The notes beneath the pieces were generated by a model, which was not told the origin of the DNA, searched no databases, and saw only the letters and a list, made by a program, of their open reading frames with translations. Below, in pieces: positions 27,335 through 39,099 of a stretch of DNA of 64,000 bases. The position numbers and the translations under genes were made by a program. Origin of the DNA: Octopus vulgaris (Eukaryota); contig OX597826.1 in NCBI GenBank assembly GCA_951406725.2, positions 42,718,001-42,782,000 on the forward strand, given 5' to 3'. The stretch's first letter is position 1. Each line of letters opens with the position of its first letter.

Positions 27335-28775
27335 AAGTATTTAAGCACATGCACTTCATTCACTGCTATGCCCATAAATTTAATTTAGTATTGAGTAAAA
27401 GTGCTGAGAAGGTGTGCATTTACATCTTCCGGTACCAAGTGGAAAAATGTTTTCGGGCAATTTAATGTCGGGTATTCAATCACTGTGTGAAACAAGATGG
27501 AAGAACTGTGTCATCCATAATACTATTGTAATAATACTAGGTTCTAGTGAAGATACACTTTGTCAAACAGAGAATCTATTGGCAAAGTTGAATTATTTCA
27601 CATTCGTGTTTTCAGTCAATTGCTTTCGTAAGATACTTTCTCAGGCTAGAAAAATCTTTAATATTCTACAGTGTAAGCTACTCGGCATAAAGCATGGTCA
27701 GAGTAAACTAAATGACCTCATTCATTGTGTTGAAGGTTATCGTAAGGACAAACATTATGTAAACATTCTGCGTAATACAGCTGCTGTCACTCAACAGGCA
27801 GATGAGTCTGATCCTCCTTCTAGAAAAAGAGTCAGGGGTGCATAAATTACAAAACTGCCTATTTTGAAATCTCTCTATATATAAAGCTGAAGTTGTCTGT
27901 GTATGGCAGGTTTGGTAGCCTTCAACTAACACTATCTCCTTCGAGACCCTGCGGCACAAGTTGACCAAAATTGAGAGCATGATAGAAGAAGGCTTGTTCT
28001 TCCTTCCGAAGAAGAGAAAATTCAAATCGGACCATGTTAACACCAAAAATTATTTACATCAAAAAGGTGCTTTTTTTCTATGAAAATCCCTATTTTTTAC
28101 GATTTTTTTTACTGCTGTGTCACCATTTTTCGGTGTATTTCAACCAGAAAAATGTTCACTTAAAGAGAATAACAAGCTACATAATGCAAAATTTTTACTT
28201 TTCAAAAATTCCTATTCTAAAGGGTCAAACCCGAGCGATACTGCTAGTAATTGATAACATTTTAATGTCCTTATAAGAGAGATTTTCTGAAATTCAGGAG
28301 TATGCATTTTTTGAATTACTAGCTATGAGTAAGTTTGAAGAGTTTGCTAACTCATTTCCCATGCAACATATGGACTCTCTAGAAAACAAGTATCCTTGTA
28401 TTTTTGACTGTAAGAGCTTAGTGAATGAGCTAAAATATATGTATATTGACAGTGATTTCAAAAAGTGCAAGTCAATCAACCCTTTTTTAGAATTACTGTA
28501 TAAATTGGAATAGACTTCCGCTATGCCAGAATCCATTAAACTAATTAAGTTAGTGCTGACCATCCCCTTAACATCAGCTTCTAATGAGAGAAGCTTCTCA
28601 ACGTTGAATAGAATCTGCTCATATATGAAAAGCACAATGGCCCAAAAATCGCTGTCTTCACTGACTTGTATTTCCATTGAGAAAAGCATTTTGAAGGACT
28701 TGGACAACAAGTTGCATGGCAAAATATTACACTAGTTCACCATCAAACCAAGATGACTGGAGTTCATGTATAATT
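27335..28775 (+). pseudogene. Fossil hAT transposase (ZMYM1/ZNF862-like), interrupted by a Helitron
   Basis: IHCYAHKFNLVL, LCETRW, YFEIIDNIL..ERF, LVLTIPLTSASNERSFSTLNRI dimerisation motif; stops present. Confidence 0.9.
27870..28247 (+). mobile_element. Non-autonomous Helitron nested in the hAT fossil
   Basis: A|TC ... GCGATACTGCTAG|T; same 3' end as 24202-24594; removal restores the YFEIIDNIL reading frame. Confidence 0.85.
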
Positions 28776-28807
28776 GGAGTAATTTTTATATTAAAACTAT
28801 ATTTCTG

Positions 28808-29126
28808 CATGGAAGGTATTTATAAGCCATTTAAAAATTCACTTCAATATTTAAATTTAATTTGTCAAAATATCTTCGTCGCTTTGAGACTATGATCTGT
28901 TCACTGACAAAATTCTGTGCTGCAGCATGGGATTTTGTCAGTGAACAGGTCACAGTCTCAAAGCGACGAAAATATTTTGACAAATTAAAATTTAAATATT
29001 GAAGTGAATCAAATGGTTTTTGTGTGTTTTTAAATGGCCTATAAACACCTTCCACACTGCAATTGTTTTTGTTTCAGCACACGATCTCAGCTCAGGTCAT
29101 GTGCTATGCAAGGACATCTCCATAAT
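28808..29126. mobile_element. Short PLE-like insertion with palindromic structure and 13-bp TSD
   Basis: TSD AACTATATTTCTG at 28795-28807 and 29127-29139; long inverted arms centred on CTGCAG at ~28920-28925. Confidence 0.75.
28934..28984 (+). ncRNA. Variant hammerhead ribozyme fold with G3-C8 core (inverted copy at 28861-28911, minus strand)
   Basis: TTTGTCA-GTGAACA-G-GTCAC-AGTCTCAAA-GCGAC-GAAA-ATAT-TT-TGACAAA; 7-bp stem I. Confidence 0.6.
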
Positions 29127-29273
29127 AACTATATTTCTGTCTTATTGTTAGATTATCAGTGCACATATAAGTCTGGGAGTGCATTACGTCTCATTTCTTT
29201 TATACATGTATCTTATGCAAAATCTGTGATAAGCCCAAGTGACATTGATGACCTGGAGTCACCTCTGATGTAT

Positions 29274-29326
<53 letters not shown>

Positions 29327-29739
29327 CACACAGATAAATAAAAAGAGAGATGTATAAATAAAACAAAAGAACACTGAACACATGTTATGAAAGTTAAACA
29401 TTTATATTAATCTCAGTTGATTGAAAATTTTCCCCTTGCAGTATTACATATCAGAAGGTTTCATCAAGGTTCTTCCTACACACACACACATTCAAACTGA
29501 CTTTGGTGAGATTTTGAACTTAGAACAAGGGGTCAGAATAAATGTCACTATGTATCTTTGATGTGCTAAGGATTCTGCCTGTTCATTCCCTTATATGTAC
29601 ATATTAAATAAATACAGTAATATAAAAACTTATGCACATACATGTTAAACAGTTGAGATAAACACACAGACCTACAAATATATACACACACAGACGTTTA
29701 AATGCACAAGCATAAGACTCATTGTTGGAGACAAAGTGA

Positions 29740-30185
29740 TGCCATCGGACAAGAAGGATGTGGCGTAGACAGAGGTGATCGAAGGATTCTGGTCGCTTAA
29801 TATCTTCCACCCTCATCAGCCAATGCAGACATCTCATCATCCTAACGAGACGTCTGCGTTGGCTGGGTCATGCCCTCCATTGTCAACCAGAATTCATCTA
29901 CGAAGCAATTGCCCCAGCTCCCCTTCAGTGTTGGTGAAAGTGATGTGGTGGACAACGAAAAACCTGGCTGATGACAGTCAAGGCTGATCTGGAACCCAAC
30001 CTAGGCCCCTATATCTACGGTGTTCGCTGCTGGAATAGGGAGTGGTTGGAGATCATGCGGTTGTTAGCCTCAAATCATGAGGTCTGGTAGGCGTTTGTGA
30101 GAGATGCAGCATTGAGGATGAATGAAGCCAGGTCAACCCACCCCGGTTGAATGCTGTCTCAAGACAAGACAAGAAGACAAGACTC
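29740..30185 (+). pseudogene. Decayed RTE-clade LINE 3' end (third family)
   Basis: RRLRWLGHAL..GGQRKTWLMTVKADLE; short-repeat tail CAAGACAAGAAGACAAGAC. Confidence 0.75.
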
Positions 30186-30254
30186 ATTGAGAATGCTGGA
30201 CTCATAAATAATTTATTATCATTTTGATTTTGATATTCTATTAGCAAATATAGA

Positions 30255-30420
30255 TTAAGAGTCACTGCTCATGGCACACAAACATGCAGCTTCAAAGGAT
30301 GACAAAGACAGACATATGAGATAAAAGAAGTGCATAATATGTTGAGAAGTGACAAAGAAAATGAATGTGTTGGGTGGAGAAATTAAAGATAAGTTTTCAT
30401 ACTGCTTGATATAGAGAATC
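30255..30420 (-). CDS. Possible terminal exon of the minus-strand orphan gene
   Basis: Acceptor TTTTCAATCTAG; phase 2 fits the 32204 donor; open to a stop at 30255; AATAAA at ~30212-30217. Confidence 0.25.
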
Positions 30421-30527
30421 CTAGATTGAAAACAAGCCATTGTTGCCTAAGTAATGCTTGGTATATTATTATTATCATCATCAAAGAAATGTTTCTGGAT
30501 TCAATTAGCATACAATATAATATATTA

Positions 30528-30830
30528 GGTGGAGGTGCAATGGCCCAGTGGTTAGGGCAGTGGGCTCGCGGTCGGAGGATCGTGGTCTTGATTCCCAGAC
30601 TGGGCATTTTGTGTGTTTATTGAGCAAAAACACCTAAAAGCTTCACGAGGCTCCAGCAGGGGTGGGGTGGGGTGGATGACCCCTGTTGTACTCTTTTGCC
30701 ACAAATTTCTCTCACTCTCTCTTCCTGTTTCTTGAGTAATGCTGCGATGGACTGGCGTCCCATCCAGCTGGGGGAACACATACGCCACAGAAACTGGGCC
30801 CATGAGCCTGGCTAGGCTTGAGAAGGGAGA
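30528..30830 (+). mobile_element. tRNA-derived SINE, family C
   Basis: TGGCCCAGTGGTTAGGGC A-box head; reverse copies at 24845-25120 and 62255-62550, partial at 13020-13160. Confidence 0.8.
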
Positions 30831-31519
30831 AAAAAAAATATTAGAGGGTATGAGATATTTTTTTGGCACTGCTTATTTCATGTTACTGATCCGATGCTGA
30901 TTTATTTGACAGAGGATGTTTTAATGTTTCTCTCTCTGTTTATGTGTGTGAGTGAGCACATTACTCTAAATGTATGAGGAGAGGTAAACTTTTAATGCCA
31001 ACTGTGTTCAGCTAATAAATTGTACTCTCTCTTCTCTCTCTCCCTATCTCACTCTCTATCTGTATGTGTATATTTTTATACTTCCATGTGTATGTGTGTG
31101 TGTTTGCCTCCAGTGCCAAAAAGCAGTGTCACCAAAACCAGTTCAAAGTCCAGTCGATTATGTCAAATCACCAGTATCCAAACAGCCATACCTAATCCTC
31201 TTATTCTGTATATTAAATTAGCAGGTGCTGTCAAAATGTTGGAAACTTTTAACACTGGACTTGGTGCTACTTAGAAATAGGCATTTGGAGTTAACCCTTT
31301 TGTTACCAACCCAGCTGAAACCGGCTTTGGCTCTGAGTACAAATGTCTTGCTTTCATAAATTTTCAATTAAAATCTTCCACCATACCTTAGTCACTATTA
31401 ATGTTCCTAACACTAGCTTAATGATAACTAGTTATTTTACTAAATTCTTTCTTATATTTAAAGTAATTGAAAGAAACACAGAGCATCTCAAAATAAATAC
31501 AGTAATGTAAGGTTTAAGA

Positions 31520-32190
31520 GACAAATACTGCATCAATTGTAGGCGCAAGGGAAGGCTCCAGATTGGGTGTGATAGAGAATCATAGAGTTCTTGACCAGAA
31601 TACATAGACTTTTGTCACAATTGAAGGAGAGGAAATGAAGGCTCAGAGAAAGTGGAAGCAGTGGCAAGGATGGACTGGAAAAGATGGAAGCAGGCAGGTA
31701 CAGTGGTAAAAGAAGTGTAAGTGAATGAGGTGGATGGGTGTAGAGCATAAGGGCAGCTGACAGCCTTAACTTGGTGGTGGTGGTGGGCTGAGTTCACAGC
31801 AGTTTGTAGGTACTCCTTCACAGGGTAAAAGAAGCATATTGGAAGGACTTGGTCCTTCTTGGAGAGGTAACAGAGATTGAATGGGGATGTAAAATTTAGT
31901 GCGAGTGGAATGGGGCAGGGGAAGTGGAACAAAGTTTTGTAAAAGATGGAGATGCAGAAGTGGGTATGTATGCATCAGTGGAGATGTTTAAGAAACTGAC
32001 AGAAATGTCTGAGAGGGAAGTGAATTCTAGTGTTGAAGAGAAAAGGGCTACTAAAATAAGTGAAGGAAGTGAAGTGGTGTGATACATTCATTGATATAAC
32101 TGAACAAAAAATTTGTGTTGCAAATTAGTCAAGAAAAATTGGTATAGAAGGCGGCCAATCATGGTTCCATGGCCACTCCAGTGAACTGGT
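31520..32190 (-). pseudogene. Highly decayed LINE fragment
   Basis: Purine-skewed on + like 430-1200, with broken ORF remnants; no decisive motif. Confidence 0.35.
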
Positions 32191-32203
32191 AAAAGAAACT
32201 CAC

Positions 32204-32280
32204 TGGAAGCAAAGCAGTTTAAGGTGAGAAGTTTTAAGAAGGGTGCTAAGTCTCTTTGCCATCTTTCGTTGATTAGTTAC
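32204..32280 (-). CDS. Candidate exon 3 of the minus-strand orphan gene (VTNQRKMAKRLSTLLKTSHLKLLCF)
   Basis: Poly-T tract plus TTCCAG acceptor and GTGAGT donor; open only in phase 0, matching the upstream exon. Confidence 0.5.
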
Positions 32281-33379
32281 CTGGAAGAAAAAAAAAAACT
32301 GAGTGAAATATTTGTACATGAAAAAAAAAATGCATGGCTGTGTGGTTAAGAAGCTTGCTTTGCAAACATGTAGTTTTAAGTTCAGTCCTACGCATGGTAC
32401 CCAGGGTAGGCGTCTTTTACTATAGATCTGGGCTGACCAATGACTTGTGAGTAAATTTAGTAGGCAGAGACTGTGCGGAAACCCATTGCATGTATATGTG
32501 TGTGAGTGTGTGTGTGTGTTTTTGTGTCTGTCAGACACTCCCACCCCACTCACTGCTTGACAACCAGTGTTGTGTTGGTTTGTTTCCATCCCTCTAACTT
32601 AAAGGTCCAGCAAAAGAGACCAAGAGAATGAGTACCAGACTTAAAAACAAACAAGTATAAGTATTAGGAGCGATTTCAGTTAAAACCTTTCAAGGTGGTG
32701 TCCCAGTATGTCCACCATCCAATGAATGAAACAAATAAAAGATTACAGATACAAAGCTGAGAATTTTGAAGTGGATGTATGCTAAGATGGTGAAAGGGGG
32801 TCACAGCCATGTATCAAATGTTGGGATCAATGCATTTTAGAAGCAACATGTTTTCATATATCTTCTTAAAAATATCTCATACACAGGGAAGATGACAGTT
32901 AAGTGAAGAAATATCAGACAAATCAAATGAAAAGAGTAAGAATTGGTATGGTTTGATGCCAGGGTGCTGGATCTTACAAAGGAGATGACAAAGGACTGTG
33001 ATTAGATGCTATGCTGAAACAAACCTGTCCAATAGTGGAGAAGAATATATGTAAAATGATGATAATTACGATAATTTCTAATATAGACACAAGGATACAA
33101 ACCATCTACCACAAGATCTACTCTGTGTTGTGGTATGGTGACTTGTGTTGTTCAATGACCCTGGGAGCAGAAGCTCCCAATATTGTCTCCTATGCTGGAC
33201 TGGTCAATATATTGAGGCCAAGCTAATATAGAAACCTCTTGCAAGAGGTAGATATAGGTTTGCATAGGGCCAACACGATATAGGTTTGCATAGGGCCTAC
33301 CTAGAACAAAGTAAAGTCACAGAAGTATTGACGATAATTCAAAACCAAGATCTAGGACAGGATTCTTTTAGACAGAGTA

Positions 33380-33900
33380 TGGAGTGGAAACATCTGGAAT
33401 TGCCAGCAAAAAAGTAATTCAAGACTCAGCCTTCCACAGAAAAAGTGATGCTAACTGTTTTGGGGGATGCAAAAAGAGGGAACATTATCTGGAAAAGGAG
33501 TCTACAGTAACCAGTGCAGGCTACAGTGAAATGCTGGCCAACAAACTGAAGTCAGCAATTTGCACCAAACACTGAGGTCTATTGTCAAAGAAAGTGTTAT
33601 TATTGCATGACAATACATGACCACGTACAACTGCCCACACCATTAAAACCATTGAGAAATTGGGTCTTGAATTGTAGGAACATTCTGCATACAGTCCAGA
33701 TCTTGCCCTCTCCTGACTATCACCTCTTTGGACCACTCAAATAGCTTTTACAAGTTTGCTGATTTGCTATGGATGAAAAAGTGCAGAAAGTGGTGGATAA
33801 ATGGCTGCATAAGTAGATGAAAACCTGCTCCAATGCAATAAGTAAGCTTGTGGACCACTGGAAGTCCATTGAAAAAGCAAGGAGACTATGTTGAAGAATG
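33380..33900 (+). pseudogene. Mariner (DD34D) transposase fragment
   Basis: KTQPSTEKVMLTV, LLHDN, YSPDLALSDYHLFGPLK. Confidence 0.85.
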
Positions 33901-33978
33901 ATGGATGTAAACAAACTAACATTGGCTGTCAAGTGGTGATGGGAGACAAATACAACGCAAAAACACACACATATATGT

Positions 33979-34039
<61 letters not shown>

Positions 34040-34420
34040 ACAGTCTTTCAGTTTCTTTCTACCAAATCTACTTACAACATTTTAATCAGCCCCAGGTTAT
34101 AAGCATGAAAAAAAAAAAAACTTGCTCAAAGAGCCATGCAGTGGGACTGAACCCAAGACCATATGGTTGGAAAGCAAGCTTCTTAACCATACAGCCATGC
34201 CTATATCTAGCAAAATGTACTTCGTCACAGCATACTTGTGAATGGTGATACGCAAATTCGTGAAGCGTCCTATATTTTTATCAAGGTGATGCTCCACCAT
34301 GACCACAGTCCAATGACGAACTAGTAAAGGGTAAACGGATATATTCAGTTGTATGAGTATTTTCAAGTGGTTAAATAAGTTACTATGCAGAAATCCATCC
34401 TCTTCACTTGTTATAAGTCA

Positions 34421-34602
34421 TATAGTAATCCCTCGCCATATCGCGGTTTACTATTTAAGCTGACATTGACTCCTCTATGGTGGTGTTTTGCTTTTTATAA
34501 TAAAATACATACAAATGATAAAAAACAATAAAAAATATACAGTACAGTACTGTTTCTACTTCGCGGATTTTCACCTATCGCGATAGCCAAGGGATTGCTG
34601 TA
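34421..34602. mobile_element. pogo/Tigger-like MITE
   Basis: TA-TAGTAATCCCTCG ... CAAGGGATTGCTG-TA terminal inverted repeats. Confidence 0.7.
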
Positions 34603-34989
34603 GTTATAAATTTCGGTACCAGTGGTATACAAGGGTCCGGAAAAATTGACGGCACAAGTGGGATACAAGGGTCCCGACGATATCCTGTGAATTCTTGATT
34701 GCTTTTAATACCATGCCTATTGAAGAGGCCAAACGTCAACAAACGTCAACAAAATGATTTAATAGTTTTAATCCAATCTCTTGTCGCCACAAACTCAATT
34801 TTTTTGTGGGGAGGTATCTCAATTTTTTAATGGTAACTTTTTAATGGGGATGAGATAGCCAAAAGTACCCTGAGTAGATTGGATCGACATGAAATGAAGT
34901 GCCTTACTCAAGGATAGAATGCATTGCCCAGTAATCGAACCCACGATCATATGGTTGTGAGGTCAACCGGTACTAAAGTACCCAACAGG

Positions 34990-35416
34990 TACTCATGAAA
35001 CAGAGTGGACCCGCGTTAATCATTAAGAAAAGTGAAAATAAGACAAATTTTCAAATTGAAATAAAATGTTATTCAAAAGTAAACCATTCCGAAAGATGTT
35101 TTAGAATGTTCTGAAAACATTCATCTAAGGTTTTCCCAAATTTTTCCCTCCAAAGAAACTCATCTAGATGGGATTCAATCATATTTGTTTGTACTCCCAT
35201 CATACTCTTGAATCTGCCTCTATATAATTCAACACTTTCTTCTCCTTTAGAAATGAATATAGAAAACTCTGAATGTATGGCAAACTATCATAAAACATTT
35301 TAAATAACAATAAATCGAATTATAGCAAAACGAATAACGTTTTATTTCAATTTAAAAAACTGTTTTATTTTCACTTTCTTATTGACAAGCGCGGGTCCAC
35401 CCTTCTTCGTGAGTAC
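34990..35416. mobile_element. MITE with ~85-bp TIRs
   Basis: GTACTCATGAAACAGAGTGGACCCGCG ... CGCGGGTCCACCCTTCTTCGTGAGTAC, with inverted arms continuing inward. Confidence 0.75.
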
Positions 35417-35437
35417 AGGTCAACCCTCTAATCATTA

Positions 35438-35471
<34 letters not shown>

Positions 35472-35732
35472 GCATGCACGAACACACATCAATTCCATTC
35501 ACAAAGTATTGGTCAACACAAAGTGATAGTATAAGCCACTTGTCCAAGGTTCTGCACATACGATAGAACTCGGAATCGTGTTGGAAACCAAATTTCTTAG
35601 CTACATAGCCATGACTTGCATCAACTGAGAATTCAGACTTTTGCGTACACACAAGGACACCCACCACCACACCGACACACATACTAACATGGGTATAAAA
35701 TGTTTGAGAAAAATTAAATATTTTTAACTTAC

Positions 35733-35763
35733 AGGAAATTTCCTCTCCAGTTTGGGATTAAAA
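35733..35763 (-). CDS. Candidate 31-nt exon 2 of the minus-strand orphan gene (FNPKLERKFP)
   Basis: TTTTCAG acceptor and GTAAGT donor; phase 2 in, phase 0 out. Confidence 0.5.
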
Positions 35764-36417
35764 CTGAAAATTCAAAGGTTTTGTCTTACATTGTTGTAGC
35801 TGTTGTTGTTTTAAGCCAATCCCAAGTTGCTTGAAATGATCCAGAACTAGTTTCGGTGAGCCTTAACCTGAATGTGCACAGTTCCCGTTTTTTTTTGTTT
35901 TTTTTTCCAGTGGAAACTAATTATACTCCTCATAAAATGTGCACCACCACCGTACAGCAATTGTCCCAGAAAAACGCATTTCCCCCCCATAGTGTCAGTG
36001 AGTAATTATTGAGGCTTTCTTTATAGATAAAATTTAATTTAGCTGTGGAAGTAGAATGACCAGTCAGTAAATGGGTCGTACATGCTTGATGAAAGACTTT
36101 GATACTTAATATGTATTGTTATATATATAATCAAACAAAACTGAATGCAACAGTTGATGTTCTTCTAGACGGCCAGCATGACTCCTAATGATGAAACTAT
36201 TAGCTTCAACACACGAAAGTCTCAGAATAAATTTCTTGTCAAGCAAGTACGGCACAAGAATAACATTTTTATGATATATATATATAGCATCATGTTCTAG
36301 TTGTCATTCGTTTGACTACATAAAAAAAAAGATCCTTTTTGGTGTTTTTTTCTTCTTTGTTTTAGGTTTTATAACCAAAACTTAAACTTTAAGATCTTCT
36401 ACTCTTTTTCTGGTGTT

Positions 36418-37371
36418 TTACCTTCTGTCCATCGTCGATTCTCGGAGGATTTTTTTAAGAGATTTACAAAAATATTTGACTGTTGATTCATAATTATTAG
36501 CCGGTCTTTTACTCAATGATAGATTCGCTAAACATCCATTTATGTCGTAACTCCAGTACTTTGGACTGTAGTGGAAATCAGATGTTTCACCAAACCTCGT
36601 TGTCTTTCTGGGTAGCTGTAGGTTACCAAGAACTTTAGACCTCAAACAATGGTTCTGCAGACGCGGGCTCTGCTTGATAGAAGTTTTGACCCCTCCACAA
36701 GATGGTTGTGAGAAGCTGTTGCTGTTGATACTATTGATGTTGTTGTTGCTGCTGATACTATTGATGTTGTTGTTGCTGCTATTATTGTTGGTACTGTTAT
36801 TGTAGTTATCATCAGTTCCTTTCATTTGCAGTTCAGTTCTACTCCGTACCAAATTAACTTTCGTTACTTTCAAATCACCTGTTAAAGTCGTATCATCCTT
36901 AGGTAACGAACTACTGTTTATAAAAGTCATATTTCTTTGTAGGTTCTTATCATGGTATCTACGTTTAATTAAGTTCTTTGAAGTTCGCCTGAATTCTGTC
37001 ACCTTACGGCTATCATTTGCTGATATAATATTCGTCTTCAATCTCTCCATGTCACCTCCGTAGTTCATTTTCATGTTGTACATTTTGAAGTCATTTGATA
37101 AAGCAACCTTTAAATGTTCGTTTTTGTTGTTCTCGTCTATGAAATAAATGCTGCTACCACCCAGCAATCTTGAGTAAGATTTACTGGTTTGATTATTTCT
37201 ACAACCCAATGTTGGCTTGTTATTTACTTTCCGGCCAGTGATTTCTGTAGAGCAATTTTTTTGCTGTACTTTGTCAACTTGCTCCAGTTGCTTTCGTATC
37301 AGAATTTCGGTTAATCTGTCAATTGGGTTCTGCTTTGCATTTATTCCTCGCGATTTAGGATTTGAAGTCAT
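36418..37371 (-). CDS. Orphan protein, 317 aa from first ATG (basic, Asn/Ser-rich, N-terminal coiled-coil-like helix); possibly exon 1 ending at 36422
   Basis: 954-nt stop-free non-TE ORF in AT-rich DNA; in-frame AAC/AGC runs; AG|GTAAAA donor overlaps the stop codon. Confidence 0.7.
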   Translation of the reverse strand: MTSNPKSRGINAKQNPIDRLTEILIRKQLEQVDKVQQKNCSTEITGRKVNNKPTLGCRNNQTSKSYSRLLGGSSIYFIDENNKNEHLKVALSNDFKMYNMKMNYGGDMERLKTNIISANDSRKVTEFRRTSKNLIKRRYHDKNLQRNMTFINSSSLPKDDTTLTGDLKVTKVNLVRSRTELQMKGTDDNYNNSTNNNSSNNNINSISSNNNINSINSNSFSQPSCGGVKTSIKQSPRLQNHCLRSKVLGNLQLPRKTTRFGETSDFHYSPKYWSYDINGCLANLSLSKRPANNYESTVKYFCKSLKKILRESTMDRR

Positions 37372-37514
37372 AATTGAATGCCAGAAAGAAAAAAAGACAT
37401 AGATCAGAACACAGAGAAAAAGAACGTTGTAGGTTGGGAGATTCAAATAGCACTTTCATCAAATAAGCAGCTTCAATCCTTAAAAGTTGTCTTTTTTTTT
37501 CTAAATCCTGAATG

Positions 37515-37870
37515 AGCTGAACCGTCATAGAGACAGGTACCTATCCTGCACTCATAAACACGACTCACTCTCTCTCTCTCCCTCTCTCTGACCACTCCAC
37601 CCCATACGATGTCTCTCATTAATTGAACAGTACTAGAATATTCGTGCAATATTAATTTAGAATTAACTGACAGATAGTACTAACATCAACACTATTATCA
37701 TTACCATCGTCATCATCATCGCACACACACACACACACAAACAAAAAAGAATAACAACGACATCAATGAGAAATGTATAAAACAATACCAGAATAAGTCT
37801 AATTGTTAACACCGCGCCATTGATTGGTTAAACATTGACTAAGCACAGTTTTAGCCGGAAATAGAAACTG
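37515..37870 (-). promoter_or_regulatory. Putative promoter region
   Basis: Repeat-poor and CpG-retaining; CCAAT box at 37823-37827 (minus strand); weak RFX X-box-like CCGTCATAGAGAC at 37522-37534. Confidence 0.3.
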
Positions 37871-38409
37871 GGGAAGGAGCCAAACTATTACTGTTTCATC
37901 ATGGCTCGTCAAATCAGTTCTCACTGACTTTCATTATAATTATGTACTTTCCAATATATATTTCTTATATATATTTTTATGTACATTATATATATTTTCT
38001 ACTTATTTCAGTCATTGGTCTGCGGCTATGCTGGGGCATTACTTTGAAGGGTTTAGTCGAACCTATTTTTTAAATCCTGCTATTTAATCTGTGGTCCTCT
38101 TTTGCTGAACTGCCAAGTTACAGGGACGTAAACAAACCAGTGCTGACTGTCAAGCAATTGAGGGGGAGGCAAGCTCAAAGACACACACGCATGATGGGTT
38201 TCCACACAGTTTCCGTTTATCACTTTCATTCACAAGGCATTGGCCAGTCTGGAGCTGTAGTAGAAGACACTTGCCCAAGTTGCCATGTTGTGGGATTGAA
38301 CCCAAAACTGTTTGGTTGCAAAACAAGCTTCTTCACACAGCTATGCCAACACCTTACCAAGACTACATACATTTACACACACATATACATATATACATGT
38401 ATCATACAT

Positions 38410-38459
<50 letters not shown>

Positions 38460-38616
38460 ACACGTAATATATATGTATAACATTTTATATGCATATCTAT
38501 ATAAACATATATATGCTTTTATTTTATTCTTTTACTTGTTTCACTCATTCGACTGTTCATGTTGCAGTACCACCTTGAACGGTATAGTTGAGCAAATCGA
38601 CCCCAGTGCTTACCAT

Positions 38617-39099
38617 AAATCCTCAAGTATAGTCCACCCTTGAGTATAATACGCAGGGGATTTTTAGGGGGCTGTACCTCTGAAAAACCTACACCTTGTG
38701 TATAATACTCACCTCTTCTCTAACTTGAGTCAAGGAGGTCTATATAATGTCCTTGGTTTGTAAAAATGTACACGGTAACGTCCTTTATTATTATTGTATA
38801 TATAACATAATGCAAACGTGTAGCTTTTTTGTGCATTTTGTTTGCAAAAAATAAAGAAATAACAGTAATAACGTTTAATAAATGTTGCTTACTGCAAGTT
38901 ATGGATGATCCCTTTATGACTTCATTGCTTCGCGCCTGACATCACAAAATGCATCTGAATAAACATTGCCAGACAGCAAACAGAGACTCGGACATTGCTT
39001 AGAAAATATTTTTCATTTTTAACCTCGTATATAGTATGCACTAGGGATTTTTACCTTTAAATTTTGGAGAAAAAATGCGGATTATACTCAAGGATTTAA
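38617..39099. mobile_element. pogo/Tigger-like MITE nested in a SINE A fragment
   Basis: TAAATCCTCAAGTATAGTCC ... GGATTATACTCAAGGATTTA TIRs; SINE sequence resumes at AAGCCTAGTACTTATTC. Confidence 0.75.

Noticed and set aside
37372-37446. Hydrophobic signal-like N-terminus in the ORF track
   Set aside because: Depends on a TTG start and translates a T-rich leader; the first ATG is at 37371
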